Assembly: GCF_004010195.1 (NCBI RefSeq)
Contig: NC_057755.1
Location: 10,511,215-10,531,214, forward strand
DNA: 20,000 bases
DNA from: Chiloscyllium plagiosum
Taxonomy: Eukaryota
Direction: 5' to 3'
The stretch's first letter is position 1, and every line of letters starts with the position of its first letter. This document shows, piece after piece, positions 19,156 through 20,000 of this stretch. The position numbers and the translations under genes are program-made. A model generated the notes under the pieces. It was given only the letters and a program-made list of their open reading frames with translations. It had not been told where the DNA came from and did no database searches.

Positions 19156-20000
19156 AGGAAGTGAAGTGTGACTGGGTGATGGGATACGGCCTCTGTCTCG
19201 TCGCTTCACCTTGGGATGCAGGATTTTAAAACTTGAGGAAGCATATTTTTTAAGGTGAGATGAGAGAGACTTTGTGGCAAAAGATTTGCCAAAACCTGAT
19301 AGGCCCACAAAAGCAAATTGGCCAAACTGTACCAGCACTCCCAGAATTCCTGAGCAGCTCACAAGCTGGCTCAGGCAGCACACAGACAAGGCAATGTACT
19401 TTAAGCTCCCATGGACATGACAGAGCACCACAGATACGTCAAAGCCCTAAGGGCAGTTTCACAATCCAGCAATACCAAAGCCACACAAAGAGTAGGACAG
19501 GCAGACAGGAAGGCACGAGCAAAGGACATGCTCCAGGAACAGGACAATGGCATCACCTCACCAATTTAGAAGAGACATTAATGCCTACCTGTGAAGAGGA
19601 ATGGAGCCATAGTACTGTCAGAATGTTGCATTGTGTGAAGGAACTGGACATTCATCCGATAAACTGTTTTCCAATTAGCTTCTTTGCAACTAAATTACAC
19701 CAATTCCAGAAACATTGTACTTTCCCGTTTCTTAATCAGTGTCATTTTGCAGCAATGCTACAAAACTGGCCTCATCCTCAGCTCTGGGAGGAGAAATTGA
19801 CTAGGCTGACACAGAACTGACAGTCTGTATAGGTATATTAGATTTATGCTCGCACGTGAACCATCCTGTGTAAAAGAAAATGTCCCTTGTCTTTTTCAAA
19901 TCTGTCGGAGAAACTTTCCCAATAGGTGAGAGATCACAAAACACAGCTCGAAGTGAAATTGACGAACAGTTTATTGCAAGTGATATGCTGGAGGAGAAAT

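Noticed and set aside
19260..19820. 186-aa ORF as a gene
   Set aside because: No recognisable motifs or splice support; left unassigned.
19903..20000. Start of another LTR (tgtcggag... with a reverse-strand AATAAA near 19970)
   Set aside because: Plausible, but truncated by the window edge with no second terminus, PBS or TSD to support it.

Overview
Vertebrate nuclear DNA, most likely from a cartilaginous fish (shark). This is inferred from HE1-type tRNA-derived SINEs, HER1/CR1-type LINEs and abundant Penelope-like elements (PLEs). There is a 500-N scaffold gap at 5623-6122. Most of the window is nested, decayed retroelements: CR1 LINE pieces, two SINEs, several PLE fragments, a Gypsy pol fragment, a Gmr1-like Gypsy element (LTR, tRNA-Pro PBS, gag, integrase N-terminus) and a solo LTR. 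The only recognisable host gene is a pseudogenised NLR (NACHT-domain) immune receptor exon at about 3886-5115. A few candidate minus-strand exons of an unidentified gene are also present. Highlights: (1) nine minimal hammerhead-ribozyme motifs in PLE ends, three with an intact core; (2) an 88-bp ribozyme-only insertion flanked by a 12-bp direct repeat; (3) a near-perfect 130-bp locally templated inverted duplication; (4) an unclassified composite repeat with a 25-bp minisatellite and a conserved hairpin, present twice in inverted and circularly permuted form. No intact protein-coding gene is evident, and most ORFs in the track are spurious or come from transposons. All calls are by manual reading; no database searches were run.
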